Positions 1-9,355 of a stretch of 64,000 nucleotides of DNA are shown one piece after another; positions within the stretch are counted from its first letter, which is position 1, and each line of letters opens with the position of its first letter. This stretch comes from Myxococcota bacterium (GTDB taxonomy: Bacteria > Myxococcota_A > Polyangia > JAAYKL01), in contig JANQET010000013.1 of NCBI GenBank assembly GCA_028278265.1, forward strand, positions 10,681 to 74,680. Direction: 5' to 3'. The notes below the pieces were generated by a model. It was not told where the DNA came from. It worked only from the letters and a program-made list of their open reading frames with translations, and searched no databases. Position numbers and translations under genes: made by a program.

Positions 1-2071
1 GGGCCAACCGCCGCAGCTCGATCAAATCGTCCCCAAAGATCTTGACCGCGATATTGGCCCGGGTACCGGACAACATGTGATCGATGCGATGGGAGATCGG
101 TTGGCCGATGATGATCGTCATTCCAGGCACGATCTCCAACGACTTTCGCAAACCGGCGAGAAACTCCGCCTTGGTGCGAAGGCCCATTTTGAGATCCACG
201 TCGATCTCCGCCGAGTTGGTGGCCAGGCCGTGCTCGTCGAGATCGTCCCGCCCGGTACGTCGGGCAGTGGAGACCACCTCCGGATGTTGCAGCAGCACCT
301 CTTCGACCATCCGGCCCAGGCGATCCGACTCCTCGAGGGAGGTGCCCGGCAGGGTGACGATGCTGATCGTCAGCGTACCTTCGTTGAAATCGGGTAAAAA
401 GGCCTGGCCCACAAAGGCGAGCCAGCCCAGCGCCGCAATCATCCCGGCCGCCGCTCCGGTCACCACCAGCTTCCAGTGGTTCAGCGCGATGCGCAGGATC
501 GGCTCGTATAGCTTCTTGAGCCAAATCGAAATCTTGGTCTCTTTTCCGGCAGAGACCATTTTGGACCGGGGAATCAGCAACATCGACAGGGCCGGCGTCA
601 CCGTCAGCGCGACCACCAGGGAGGCAAACAGAGAAATGATGTACGCCTCGCCCAGCGGCCGCAGCAGGCGTCCCTCCACACCGGTTAAGAAGAACAGCGG
701 CAAAAAGACGAGCATGATGATCAACGTGGCAAAGGTGATCGAACCGCGAATCTCGCGAATCGCTTCGTAGACTTCGACAAACACCGGCCGGCGCTCGGCC
801 TCCGGCTGATCCCGCCGCAGACGCAGGCGGCGAACCACGTTCTCCACATCGATAATCGCGTCATCCACCAGCGCCCCAACGGCAATCGCCATCCCGCCCA
901 GGGTCATCGTGTTGACCGTCGCTCCCATCGCTTTCATCACCAGAATCGCGGTCACCAGGGAGAGGGGAATCGCCATCGCGGTGATCGCCGTGGCCCGCAA
1001 ACTCATGACGAAGATCAAGATGATCGCCACGACCAGGATCGCCCCGTCCCGCACCGCGCCGCGCACGTTGTCCAGCGCCACCCCGATGAAATCGGCCTGG
1101 CGAAACACATTGCGGTGAATCGCGATCCCCGGGGGCAAGGCCGCTTGAATCTCGTCGAGGGTCTCATCGAGTCGCTTCGTCAATTCCAGGGTGTTGATTT
1201 GCGGCTGCTTGTGAATGCTCATCACCACCGCGGGGTTGGCCATGTACGACCCGGCGCCCCGCTTGATCGCCGCACCGATCCTCACCTGAGCCAAATCGCG
1301 AATGAGCACGGGTTGATCCTCATTGAGCGCGACCACCGCTTCACCGATGTCCTCGACGGTGTTGACCCGGCCGAGCCCGTGGATGACGTATTCCTGGCCC
1401 CCTTCTTTGTAAAAGCCGGCTGACGAGTTCTCATTGGTCGCTTCCAAAGCCGCGGCGACCTGGTCGGTGGTGACCCCATAGGCCAGCATGCGCTGGGGAT
1501 CCAGGATCACCTGGTACTGCTTCACGTCGCCGCCAAAGCAGATCGTCTGCGCCACCCCGGGCACGGCGAGCAATCGCCGCTTGACGAACCAATCCGCCTG
1601 GGTGCGCACCTCCATCGGGGTGAGGGTTTCGGAGGTCAGGGCGATGTACATCACCTCTCCCATCACCGAGGTGATCGGCGCCATGATCGGTGGCGGAAGA
1701 TGGGGGGGCAGCTGCTCGCGGACCAGCCCCATCTTTTCGGCGACCATCTGCCGGGCGCGATAGATATCGGTGCCCCAATCGAACTCGACCCAGATCACGG
1801 CGCTGCCCACATCGCTGGTCGAGCGCACCCGCCGCACACCGGACACACCGTTGAGCGCGGCTTCCAGGGGGAAGGTGACCAGGCTCTCCACCTCCTGGGG
1901 AGCCATTCCGTGGACATCTGCCAGAATCGTCACCGTCGGCGCGGTGAGCTCGGGAAACACATCCACCGGCATGCGGTAGAATTCGAAGGCCCCCCAGGCG
2001 ATCAGCAGCACTGCGGCAATGGCCGTGAGGTAGCGGTTTTGCAGGGACCATTTTATCAGTTTGTCGATCAT
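1..2071 (-). CDS. CzcA/CusA-family heavy-metal efflux RND permease (3' part runs off the window)
   Basis: Not in the ORF track because it has no stop in the window. Manual translation from ATG 2071 gives MIDKLIKWSLQNRYLTAIAAVLLIAWGAFEFYRMPVDVFPELTAPTVTILADVHGMAPQEVESLVTFPLEAALNGVSGVRRVRST, a typical HME-RND N-terminus. The TM4 motif AIAVGALVDDAIIDVENV is read at about 840-890. Confidence 0.93.
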   Translation of the reverse strand, partial: MIDKLIKWSLQNRYLTAIAAVLLIAWGAFEFYRMPVDVFPELTAPTVTILADVHGMAPQEVESLVTFPLEAALNGVSGVRRVRSTSDVGSAVIWVEFDWGTDIYRARQMVAEKMGLVREQLPPHLPPPIMAPITSVMGEVMYIALTSETLTPMEVRTQADWFVKRRLLAVPGVAQTICFGGDVKQYQVILDPQRMLAYGVTTDQVAAALEATNENSSAGFYKEGGQEYVIHGLGRVNTVEDIGEAVVALNEDQPVLIRDLAQVRIGAAIKRGAGSYMANPAVVMSIHKQPQINTLELTKRLDETLDEIQAALPPGIAIHRNVFRQADFIGVALDNVRGAVRDGAILVVAIILIFVMSLRATAITAMAIPLSLVTAILVMKAMGATVNTMTLGGMAIAVGALVDDAIIDVENVVRRLRLRRDQPEAERRPVFVEVYEAIREIRGSITFATLIIMLVFLPLFFLTGVEGRLLRPLGEAYIISLFASLVVALTVTPALSMLLIPRSKMVSAGKETKISIWLKKLYEPILRIALNHWKLVVTGAAAGMIAALGWLAFVGQAFLPDFNEGTLTISIVTLPGTSLEESDRLGRMVEEVLLQHPEVVSTARRTGRDDLDEHGLATNSAEIDVDLKMGLRTKAEFLAGLRKSLEIVPGMTIIIGQPISHRIDHMLSGTRANIAVKIFGDDLIELRRLA

Positions 2072-2078
2072 GGGTCCC

Positions 2079-3737
2079 TCAGTGCGCGTGGCCGTGTGCC
2101 GGAATTTGCGAGGCCGAGCCGGCCAATTTGACCGCATAGGCCCCCTTGACCACCACCCATTCCCCCAGCTCGAGCCCGCGGGTGACCTGCACCTGCCCCG
2201 CGTCCCGCGCGCCCAGCATGATATTGCGCCGCTCGAAGTGTTCCGCGCCGCGCTGCACCATCACCAGATCCTGCCCCCCTTCTCGCAGGATCGCCGACTT
2301 GGGAATACTCAGCGCCTTTATCGGCTGACCCACGTGGAGGTGAACCTTGGCCGCCATCCCGATGCGCAGGCGTCGCTGAGGATTTTCGAGCTCGAAAATG
2401 ACCGGCGTGGTTCGAGTCCGCGGATCGATCAGCCCCCCCACGGCGACCAGCTGTCCCTGGGGAATGCGAAACGGTTTTTCAAATCCATCCACCTCGAACC
2501 AGGCCCCGGTGGGCTGTCCCAAACGCCCCACATTGGCCTCGCTGACCCGCGCTTCGAGCCACAACCGATCGAGATCGGCGATGTGAAACAACTCCTGCCC
2601 TTCGTTGATGAAGGTGCCCGGGGCGACGTCGACGGCGTTGAGCGTACCGGCAATCGGGCTGCGGATCTGAATCCCGCTCTTCTCGCCGGACCGGGTCGAG
2701 CGGGACATCCGGCGCAACTGCTCCAGTCGGCGACGGGCGGTGGAGAGCTCCGCCTGGGAGGTGGCCACGTCGTTCTTGGCCGCAATCAGCCGGCGTTCGG
2801 CAACAGCGCCCTGGTCGAACAACGGCTTGAGCCGATCGTATTCAATCTTCGCGTGATTGAGCGCCAACCGGGCGCGCTCCACCCCCAGCTCGAGGGACGC
2901 CTGATCCGCGGACTCCTCCAACCGGGGGGCCAGACGAACCAGCAGCTGGCCCTCTTTGACCTGGTCACCGATCTTGGGAAACGATTTCCCCGCGGTAATC
3001 ACCCGGCCGGCCAGCGGTGCGGCGACGATGGCCTCCCCATCCGATCGGGCCTTGAGCGAGCCGAACGCCGGAATCGACGGGTTGAGCTCGTGCTCGGCGA
3101 CCCGGGCGATGGCGAAATCACTCTTCCACTGTTGCTCTTTGGAAAAGGCGATCAATTCATGATTGTCGGGGTGGGCCGCCGCCTGTTCATTGGCCTGATC
3201 GAGGTTGGCATAGATGTCGACCGGACCGATTCGGTGCGACGCGCTCAGCTCCGGGGTCTCCAGCCTCACGGTCAGCGTTCGTTTGCTCGCCGGCCCGGGC
3301 GTAACGATGATGCGAAAAATGCCCGGTTGTTCCGGTGTTTCCGCGGTAAACATCTCCGCGATGCCATCGCCGGTCAACGCAATCGTCAGCTTTCCCTGAT
3401 CGACCGCTGCGTACGCCTCGAGTTGCGTCAGGTGCGCCATGAAGACCGAGGGCTGATGCTCGATCAACACCGGAAACTCCACAAAGAGCTCAGTGGTCTC
3501 GGTAAAATGGGTCACCGATCGGGTCGGCCGGTTGCAGATTTCGTGATCGTGGGGACCGAGGCCATCGTGATCCACGGCGTCACCGTGCCCGTGATCGTGC
3601 CCTACGGCCCCTGGCGCACCGTGTCCGTGGTTGTGGTTGTGACCGCGATGGTGACCGTGATCGGTCCGGTTCTGCACCGAGCACCCGGCCATGGTGTAGC
3701 TGCCGATCAACGACAGAATCAAAACAATAAATTTCAT
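2079..3737 (-). CDS. RND periplasmic adaptor (CzcB/CusB-like) lipoprotein with His-rich N-terminal extension
   Basis: Lipobox MAGC, His-rich tract, MFP motifs (IRSPIAG, LFHIADLDRLWLEARVSE, IDPRTRT, LRIGM) and C-terminal HGHAH. Lies between tolC-like and czcA-like genes. Confidence 0.92.
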   Translation of the reverse strand: MKFIVLILSLIGSYTMAGCSVQNRTDHGHHRGHNHNHGHGAPGAVGHDHGHGDAVDHDGLGPHDHEICNRPTRSVTHFTETTELFVEFPVLIEHQPSVFMAHLTQLEAYAAVDQGKLTIALTGDGIAEMFTAETPEQPGIFRIIVTPGPASKRTLTVRLETPELSASHRIGPVDIYANLDQANEQAAAHPDNHELIAFSKEQQWKSDFAIARVAEHELNPSIPAFGSLKARSDGEAIVAAPLAGRVITAGKSFPKIGDQVKEGQLLVRLAPRLEESADQASLELGVERARLALNHAKIEYDRLKPLFDQGAVAERRLIAAKNDVATSQAELSTARRRLEQLRRMSRSTRSGEKSGIQIRSPIAGTLNAVDVAPGTFINEGQELFHIADLDRLWLEARVSEANVGRLGQPTGAWFEVDGFEKPFRIPQGQLVAVGGLIDPRTRTTPVIFELENPQRRLRIGMAAKVHLHVGQPIKALSIPKSAILREGGQDLVMVQRGAEHFERRNIMLGARDAGQVQVTRGLELGEWVVVKGAYAVKLAGSASQIPAHGHAH

Positions 3738-5032
3738 CGAATGCGTCCTCCAATCAGACGTTCTAAATCCAGCTGGGTTTCCCGGGCCTTGAGCTCCAGC
3801 TCGAGGGCTTGCAGCTCGGCTTCCAGGTGCGCTCCGTGGGCATCGATCAACTCGACCACGCTCAGCTCACCACCGCGATAGGCCGCCTTGGCGGTTTCCA
3901 ACAGGGTCGTCGAGGTGCGGGCCACCTCTTCGCGCAGCACACGGGCCGCTGACAACAGGGTCTCCCCCTCGGCGGCGAGCCCGTTGATTCGGCCGCGGAT
4001 CCGTCGAGAGATCAGGGTTCGCCGGGCCTCGGCAATCCGGGCGCTGGCCCGGTGTGCGGCGCGCTCCCCTTGTCCCCGGTCGAACAACGGCAGGGGGATC
4101 GATAAACCGACGACAAAGCCGTGGGCCCGTTCGGCCGCCGCCCCCGCGGTTTTGTAACCCGCGCTCAAGTTGAGCTCAGGAACCCAAAGCCGATCGGCCG
4201 CCTCCACCTCCAGACGGGTCGCCGCAATCTGCGATGTAAGGGCCCTCAAATCGGGATTGTCCGCCAGTCCCTCCTGCAGCCGCGCGCCACCACCAGGGGC
4301 GGTCCGGGGCACGAGTTGGCCGCTGACGCGCGGCCAAGGGTGAGCAGCGGCAGACGAGATACCGATGCAGGCGGCGAGAATCTCCCACCACCGGTTGCGT
4401 TCCGCGTCCACCCGAGCCAGTTCGGCGCGGGCCAGGGAGAGCTCTCGGCGCAGGCGCAGCAGATCGTAGCCAGAGGTGTCCCCGGCTTTGAACCGCAGCT
4501 CCACCTCGCGGACCGTACCATCGAGTCGTTCAATCCAAGCCCCGGTGGTCGACGCCGCTTGCTGGGCGTAAAGCACGCGGTAGAACAACAGGCGGGTGTC
4601 CTGTTCCAGCTCGAAGCGCCACTTGTCGCGCTGTACCTTCGATGCGGCGCCGCGGTGTTCGGCAGCGCTGATCTGAAGGCGGCGACGGCCGGAGATATCG
4701 AACGATTTCGACACGGTGGCCACGTCTTCGCTCTCTGTCGCGTCAGCGCCGAACAACTGCTCCCGTTCGTAAGCGAGCTCGGGATTGCTCAACAGTCCGG
4801 CGCCGATCACCTCCGCCTGTGCAGCCCGTTCCTCACCGACCAGAATCGCTTGGATGTCGGCTCGGGCGCGCAGCCGATCGAGCACCTGGGATTCGGTGAG
4901 CGCTCCGGGATCGCCGGACAAATCATCGGCGCCGGCGGTGCTCGTCCCCCAACCGGTGCCGACCGCGAACAGCAACATGATCATCGCCCGAGCGTGCCGG
5001 ACGCGGTTGTTTCCTATCGAAAAAGCCTTCAT
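3734..5032 (-). CDS. TolC/CzcC-family outer-membrane efflux protein
   Basis: Signal peptide; NPEL, GLSIPLPLFDRGQG and AYRGGELSVVELIDA motifs; 4-bp overlap with the adaptor gene. Confidence 0.92.
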   Translation of the reverse strand: MKAFSIGNNRVRHARAMIMLLFAVGTGWGTSTAGADDLSGDPGALTESQVLDRLRARADIQAILVGEERAAQAEVIGAGLLSNPELAYEREQLFGADATESEDVATVSKSFDISGRRRLQISAAEHRGAASKVQRDKWRFELEQDTRLLFYRVLYAQQAASTTGAWIERLDGTVREVELRFKAGDTSGYDLLRLRRELSLARAELARVDAERNRWWEILAACIGISSAAAHPWPRVSGQLVPRTAPGGGARLQEGLADNPDLRALTSQIAATRLEVEAADRLWVPELNLSAGYKTAGAAAERAHGFVVGLSIPLPLFDRGQGERAAHRASARIAEARRTLISRRIRGRINGLAAEGETLLSAARVLREEVARTSTTLLETAKAAYRGGELSVVELIDAHGAHLEAELQALELELKARETQLDLERLIGGRIR

Positions 5033-5127
5033 ACATCATCCTCCAATAGCCCGTCAGCACGCGGCACGGCGCACCCGGCGAGCTCACCTCATCATTTATT
5101 CAGTTGTTGAAGTGGATGGGTGAAGGC

Positions 5128-5556
5128 TCAGCAAAGCCAGCGTTCGGTGTGCAGAAACAACTTACCCGCGGGGGCGCCGAATCGGCAATCGCAGGATGTC
5201 CTCCGGAGGGCGCGGTTGCCCGTGATCAGGGCTGCCCCTGCCGGCATCGACGCGATGGAATGAGCCGTCAGCTGACGCGCGCCGGCGGTGGGCAGCTTTT
5301 TCACCGACGACGGGGAGTTGGCCAACAACGTGAACCCGGACTTCAAGGGTACGTGATCGGTGTGCTCGGAGTGGTCGTCGGGGATCGGATGGGAATGTTG
5401 GCACGGTCCGTGGTGATGGGGGTGATGGGACACTTCATGCTGCTGGGCCACGGCGGCCATGAAGATCGAGTGTCCGCAAGTCCACGTCGAGCTCAGGTTG
5501 ACGAACGCCGCTGCTGCCAGCAACATGACGCCCTGTTTGAACGGACAACCCTTCAT
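5128..5556 (-). CDS. His-rich putative leader/regulatory protein of the efflux operon (CzcI/DUF2946-like position)
   Basis: ATG 5556 is in frame with track ORF 5128..5679. Hydrophobic N-terminal segment, HEVSHHPHHHGPCQHSH metal-binding tract, and position directly upstream of czcC. Confidence 0.6.
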   Translation of the reverse strand: MKGCPFKQGVMLLAAAAFVNLSSTWTCGHSIFMAAVAQQHEVSHHPHHHGPCQHSHPIPDDHSEHTDHVPLKSGFTLLANSPSSVKKLPTAGARQLTAHSIASMPAGAALITGNRALRRTSCDCRFGAPAGKLFLHTERWLC

Positions 5557-5563
5557 AATGACA

Positions 5564-5591
5564 ATAGTATAAGGGATGGTTGCAGTGTCAA
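5564..5591 (-). promoter_or_regulatory. sigma70-like promoter for the leader-czcCBA operon
   Basis: TTGACA (5591-5586), 16 nt, TACTAT (5569-5564), then 7 nt to ATG 5556. Confidence 0.55.
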
Positions 5592-5660
5592 GTCGTACCC
5601 CGCGGGACAAAACAAGGCCCGATTCTGCCGATCCCGGGCGCCGCCGATCAGGGGGTGTTG

Positions 5661-6386
5661 TCATTTCAACTCCGTCCACTTGCGGTGTCGCTCCAACACG
5701 GCGTCAACGGCTATTCCAAACAGCTTTTCGCCGATTTTCGGATCGGCCAGATGCTGGTTCGCTCCGATGCGCCCGTCGGGGTAACAGCGGCGGAAATCCG
5801 CAGCTGAATAGAGTTGATCGTCCACGAGGGGCGAATCGTCGAGGGGCTGTGTCTCACGCCGCTGTTCGGGATAGAGGAAGAAGCTCACCGACAGTTCGCT
5901 CGGCGTGCCGTGATACCCTTCCCCATCACCAAAATACTGAGCGGTGGCCGCCTGCAACGGGGGAAGTTCGTACCAACTGGTGGTGAGGCAGCGCACGTTC
6001 GGATGTTTCAGGTACACCTCGGAGAAGGCCGCCCCCAAGGTGGCGATGTTCCCCCCGTGTCCGTTGACGAAATGAAACTGATTGAAGCCGTGCGCCGCCA
6101 GGCTGTCGACCCACTCCAGGGTCAGCCCGATCAGCGATTGTGGGGTCAGGGACATCGATCCGGGAAATTTCATGTGGTGGAGCGACATCCCCACTTGAAT
6201 CGACGGAGCGACCAACACTCCGTCCCGCTCCCCCACGGCGGTAGCGATCCCCTCCGCACAAATGGCGTCGGTGCCGATCAAGCCGAACGGCCCGTGTTGT
6301 TCGGTCGCTCCGATGGGAATAAACACGTCCTGGCGTTTGCCGAGATAGGTTTCGATTTCTGACCAGGTGCTAAACTTCAGCAGCAT
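5661..6386 (-). CDS. Creatininase/creatinine amidohydrolase family protein
   Basis: PIGATEQHG, GTD, HHMKFPGS, NGHGGN and HG..E.S motifs. Confidence 0.9.
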   Translation of the reverse strand: MLLKFSTWSEIETYLGKRQDVFIPIGATEQHGPFGLIGTDAICAEGIATAVGERDGVLVAPSIQVGMSLHHMKFPGSMSLTPQSLIGLTLEWVDSLAAHGFNQFHFVNGHGGNIATLGAAFSEVYLKHPNVRCLTTSWYELPPLQAATAQYFGDGEGYHGTPSELSVSFFLYPEQRRETQPLDDSPLVDDQLYSAADFRRCYPDGRIGANQHLADPKIGEKLFGIAVDAVLERHRKWTELK

Positions 6387-6529
6387 TCATCGGCTCCTTC
6401 GCGCGGGGTGTTGTCTCAACGAAATTCCCATCATACACGGAAGACCATTTTTTTCAGAGTTTATCTTTTCTGTACTTTTACTTTTAAGCTAAACTACTAG
6501 AGGCTAGTCGTGAAAAGGACGCGATGTGA

Positions 6530-7657
6530 ATGGATAGCTCACAATACAAAATCCCCACTCAAATCGACTTCGGCCCGGGGAGCATCAAAAACCTCGCCAA
6601 CCACATCTCCCCCGATGAGCATCGAATACTACTGGTCGCCGACGAGCCCGCCCTGCGGCAGAGTGGCGCTCGTGCGGCCTTGATCGATCAGCTCCTGCGC
6701 AAGGTGATCTCCATCTTTGCCGACGTCGTCGAAAACCCACCGATCGAGAGTTTGGAAGAGGGACGGCAGATGGCCTTGGCCCGCGATGCGCAACTGGTGA
6801 TCGGTGTGGGCGGCGGCTCGGCGATGGACACCGCCAAGGGCATCGCCACGTTGAAAACCAACGATCGCCATTTGTCCGCGTACCTTGACGGCCGGCCGTT
6901 GGACGCGAATCCGCTCCCCGTGATCTGCATTCCCACCACTTCGGGCACGGGCAGCGAGGTGACGCCCTATGCGGTATTCACCGGTGCGAAGAACAAACAG
7001 GCGTTGAGCGCACCGCAGCTGTACCCTCGGGTGGCAATCGTCGATCCCGAGCTGACCTATTCCATGCCCCGAGGGCTGGTCGCGGACACCGGGCTGGACG
7101 CCCTGACCCACGCCATCGAAGCGTTTCTGTCGACCGAGGCGGGACCCGCGAGCGACCGGGTGGCCCTCGAAGCGATCCAGCTGGTCGTGGCCAACCTCAA
7201 AGCCGCGATGGATCACGACCTCGATGCAATGGGTCGCATGGCCCGCGCCTCGACGCTGGCGGGAGTTGCCATCGCCCATGCGAGCACGATTCTGTTGCAT
7301 GTGATGGGGTACCCGTTGACCTTCTTTCACGGGATTCCCCACGGGCGGGCCAACGGGATCCTATTGCCCGCCTTCCTCGACTACCTGAGAGCTCACAGCA
7401 CGGATCAGCAAAAGGTCACGGTGTTGGAGGCATTGTTCGCCGATGTTGGAGGAGTCTCATCCTTTATCCATGGCCTGGGGGTGTCGACCAACTTGGCGGA
7501 CTACAACGTGCAGAGCGCTGAGCTGGACGAATTTGTCGATCGCACAATCTCCAAAGATGATGTGAAGATCACCCCGACACGGGTTACTCGTGGAGACATC
7601 CGAGAGATCTACAAGCGGTCGATCGTCGAAGCGCCTGAAGCAGAATCTGAGGGGTAG
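6530..7657 (+). CDS. Iron-containing alcohol dehydrogenase
   Basis: GGGSAMDTAK, IPTTSGTGSE, GLDALTHAIE and PHG metal-ligand motifs. Confidence 0.92.
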   Translation: MDSSQYKIPTQIDFGPGSIKNLANHISPDEHRILLVADEPALRQSGARAALIDQLLRKVISIFADVVENPPIESLEEGRQMALARDAQLVIGVGGGSAMDTAKGIATLKTNDRHLSAYLDGRPLDANPLPVICIPTTSGTGSEVTPYAVFTGAKNKQALSAPQLYPRVAIVDPELTYSMPRGLVADTGLDALTHAIEAFLSTEAGPASDRVALEAIQLVVANLKAAMDHDLDAMGRMARASTLAGVAIAHASTILLHVMGYPLTFFHGIPHGRANGILLPAFLDYLRAHSTDQQKVTVLEALFADVGGVSSFIHGLGVSTNLADYNVQSAELDEFVDRTISKDDVKITPTRVTRGDIREIYKRSIVEAPEAESEG

Positions 7658-8321
7658 TGTAGAACGGATTGTGCATAATCTGTCCGTTGACGATGATCAC
7701 GGGATGCGCTTTTAGCACCTCGGAAATGGTCTGTGCGTCGAATCGACGCAAATCGTATTGGCAAATCGCCGTGACCTGATGCTGGGCCAGGACGTCGGTG
7801 ATCTTCGCTTCGTACTCGAGCACCCGTTCCGCACCGGGAACTTCCCGCAACGACCAGGACATCTCACCGGAGACGCGCACACCGGCGTACCCCTGCTGGC
7901 GGGCACTGGTGTCGAACTCGGCGATGGCACTGAGCTGATCTTGCGGATCGAACCTCCCCTGGGGATAGAACGCGGTCTTGGCATCGGCCACTTTGAATGC
8001 GCTGGTGGGCAAAGTCGGTTCAAATGCGTTCATCTCGTTGAACAACGCGTAAACTTGGGCCACCGATCGGGTGTCGGTGACGTAAGCGACCTGCTCTCCG
8101 CAATCCCAACCCGCTCGAAACAGATCGGTGATCATTCGATTGCGTTGCGCGTCGTTGTCGTAAAACAGACAGAGATGGGTGCCAGGTAAAATGCGATCGC
8201 CGACCGTTTTCCAACTGCCATTTTGGGCGCGCGACCACATCGTTTCCCCCCTTGCCGGGTCAACGGGCAACTCGGTCACCCCATCAGCAGATACTACCGA
8301 TGATAAAATAATTAATTCCAT
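7584..8321 (-). CDS. Stand-alone MEDS (DcmR-like sensory) domain protein; start uncertain, possibly about 8240
   Basis: HLCLFY, GEQVAYV, GVRVSGEMSW, EYEA, AICQYDLRRF, HP and NPFY motifs characteristic of MEDS. Confidence 0.85.
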   Translation of the reverse strand: MELIILSSVVSADGVTELPVDPARGETMWSRAQNGSWKTVGDRILPGTHLCLFYDNDAQRNRMITDLFRAGWDCGEQVAYVTDTRSVAQVYALFNEMNAFEPTLPTSAFKVADAKTAFYPQGRFDPQDQLSAIAEFDTSARQQGYAGVRVSGEMSWSLREVPGAERVLEYEAKITDVLAQHQVTAICQYDLRRFDAQTISEVLKAHPVIIVNGQIMHNPFYTTPQILLQALRRSTACRSLGCLHE

Positions 8322-8603
8322 ATGATTCAGAGTTTCGTCAAGTGGATAGTCGCTGACAACCGCTCTGATTTTTGCCGCACTTCAAAATTCTGTTGTGTGT
8401 GTGTGATGTTAGGGCTTCCAATCGGTAATAAATTTTTCGCTATCGGAAAACCCGATTTTAATAGTCGTTTTGTATAAAAATTGCATCGCTCTTCAAACAT
8501 AACCCCCAGCCGGTAGCTATTTGTTAGGGTATTGTCCTGAAACGCATTTGCGGATACATTGCATATTTAGTGGCGCATGTGAAATTCGATTACGGAGGCG
8601 TGG

Positions 8604-9233
8604 ATGAGGTTTTCTGACCATCGTATTGAAACCATGGAGGGCCTGAGTGACGTTCTGGTAGCCACGCCTAAAACCGATTTGATTGTCGGACGGACCCAAC
8701 TCGAAAAGCTGCGCAAAGCCACTGTACCGCGCCGCATTGATGAAGAGATCCACCGCCAACTGTTGATTCGAGGGGGCCGTGTCCGCGCGCTCATCCTGCG
8801 GGGACGCGATGACGAGGGGAATGTTCGCTGGCGGTTCGACAAAGATTTGAGCCCGGCCGAGATTGCCGAATTGGGGTATCTGCTCGTCAAATCACAGGTG
8901 GTGCTCTACCGCTGTTTTGCCGAGGTCGGTGTGCGGGTGCATTTCATTGTCGAAGTGGACGAACAGGTCACCCACGCGCTCAACAAAGGCAAAGATCGCT
9001 TGCTCAACGAGCTCAAGCGGGAGCTCGAGGTTCTCGACGAAGAATCTCCCAAGAACAATCTGTTCTCGTTTCGCGTGTGGCTGCTCGAGAACTTCATGTA
9101 CTTTCCCTACGTCACTGCTGACGAAGCGATCGAAGGGTTGCTGCCCGAAACCTTGCCCATATTAGAAGGGGGCCAGCGAGTGGTGCAAAAAATGCTCGAC
9201 TACCTCCCACCCCACGAACGAGCCCACGTATAG
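8604..9233 (+). CDS. Hypothetical protein
   Basis: 209-aa ORF with GGAGG RBS at about 8594; no recognisable motif. Confidence 0.75.
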   Translation: MRFSDHRIETMEGLSDVLVATPKTDLIVGRTQLEKLRKATVPRRIDEEIHRQLLIRGGRVRALILRGRDDEGNVRWRFDKDLSPAEIAELGYLLVKSQVVLYRCFAEVGVRVHFIVEVDEQVTHALNKGKDRLLNELKRELEVLDEESPKNNLFSFRVWLLENFMYFPYVTADEAIEGLLPETLPILEGGQRVVQKMLDYLPPHERAHV

Positions 9234-9256
9234 ACCACAACAACACCGAACATGTA

Positions 9257-9282
9257 GTAGGGGCAGGTCTCCGTGCCTGCCC
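9257..9282 (+). repeat. GTAG-family REP-like palindrome
   Basis: GTAG followed by GGGCAGG-tctccgtg-CCTGCCC, between convergent genes. Confidence 0.65.
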
Positions 9283-9311
9283 TCCCCGTTGAGGGAAACC
9301 GACATTCTTCT

Positions 9312-9349
9312 AAAGCCATCAGCGAAAGCCATCAGCAAAAGCATCAGCA
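9312..9349. repeat. Short tandem repeat, 3 copies of about 13 bp
   Basis: aaagccatcagcg / aaagccatcagca / aaagcatcagca. Confidence 0.7.
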
Positions 9350-9355
9350 CTTTCG

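Noticed and set aside
2061-3881. Long antisense ORFs in the track (also 4121..5110, 16318..18027, 25899..27158, 36540..38189, 48617..50170, 50171..51904, 59783..61219)
   Set aside because: They are shadows of well-supported genes on the opposite strand, expected in GC-rich DNA, and carry no motifs.
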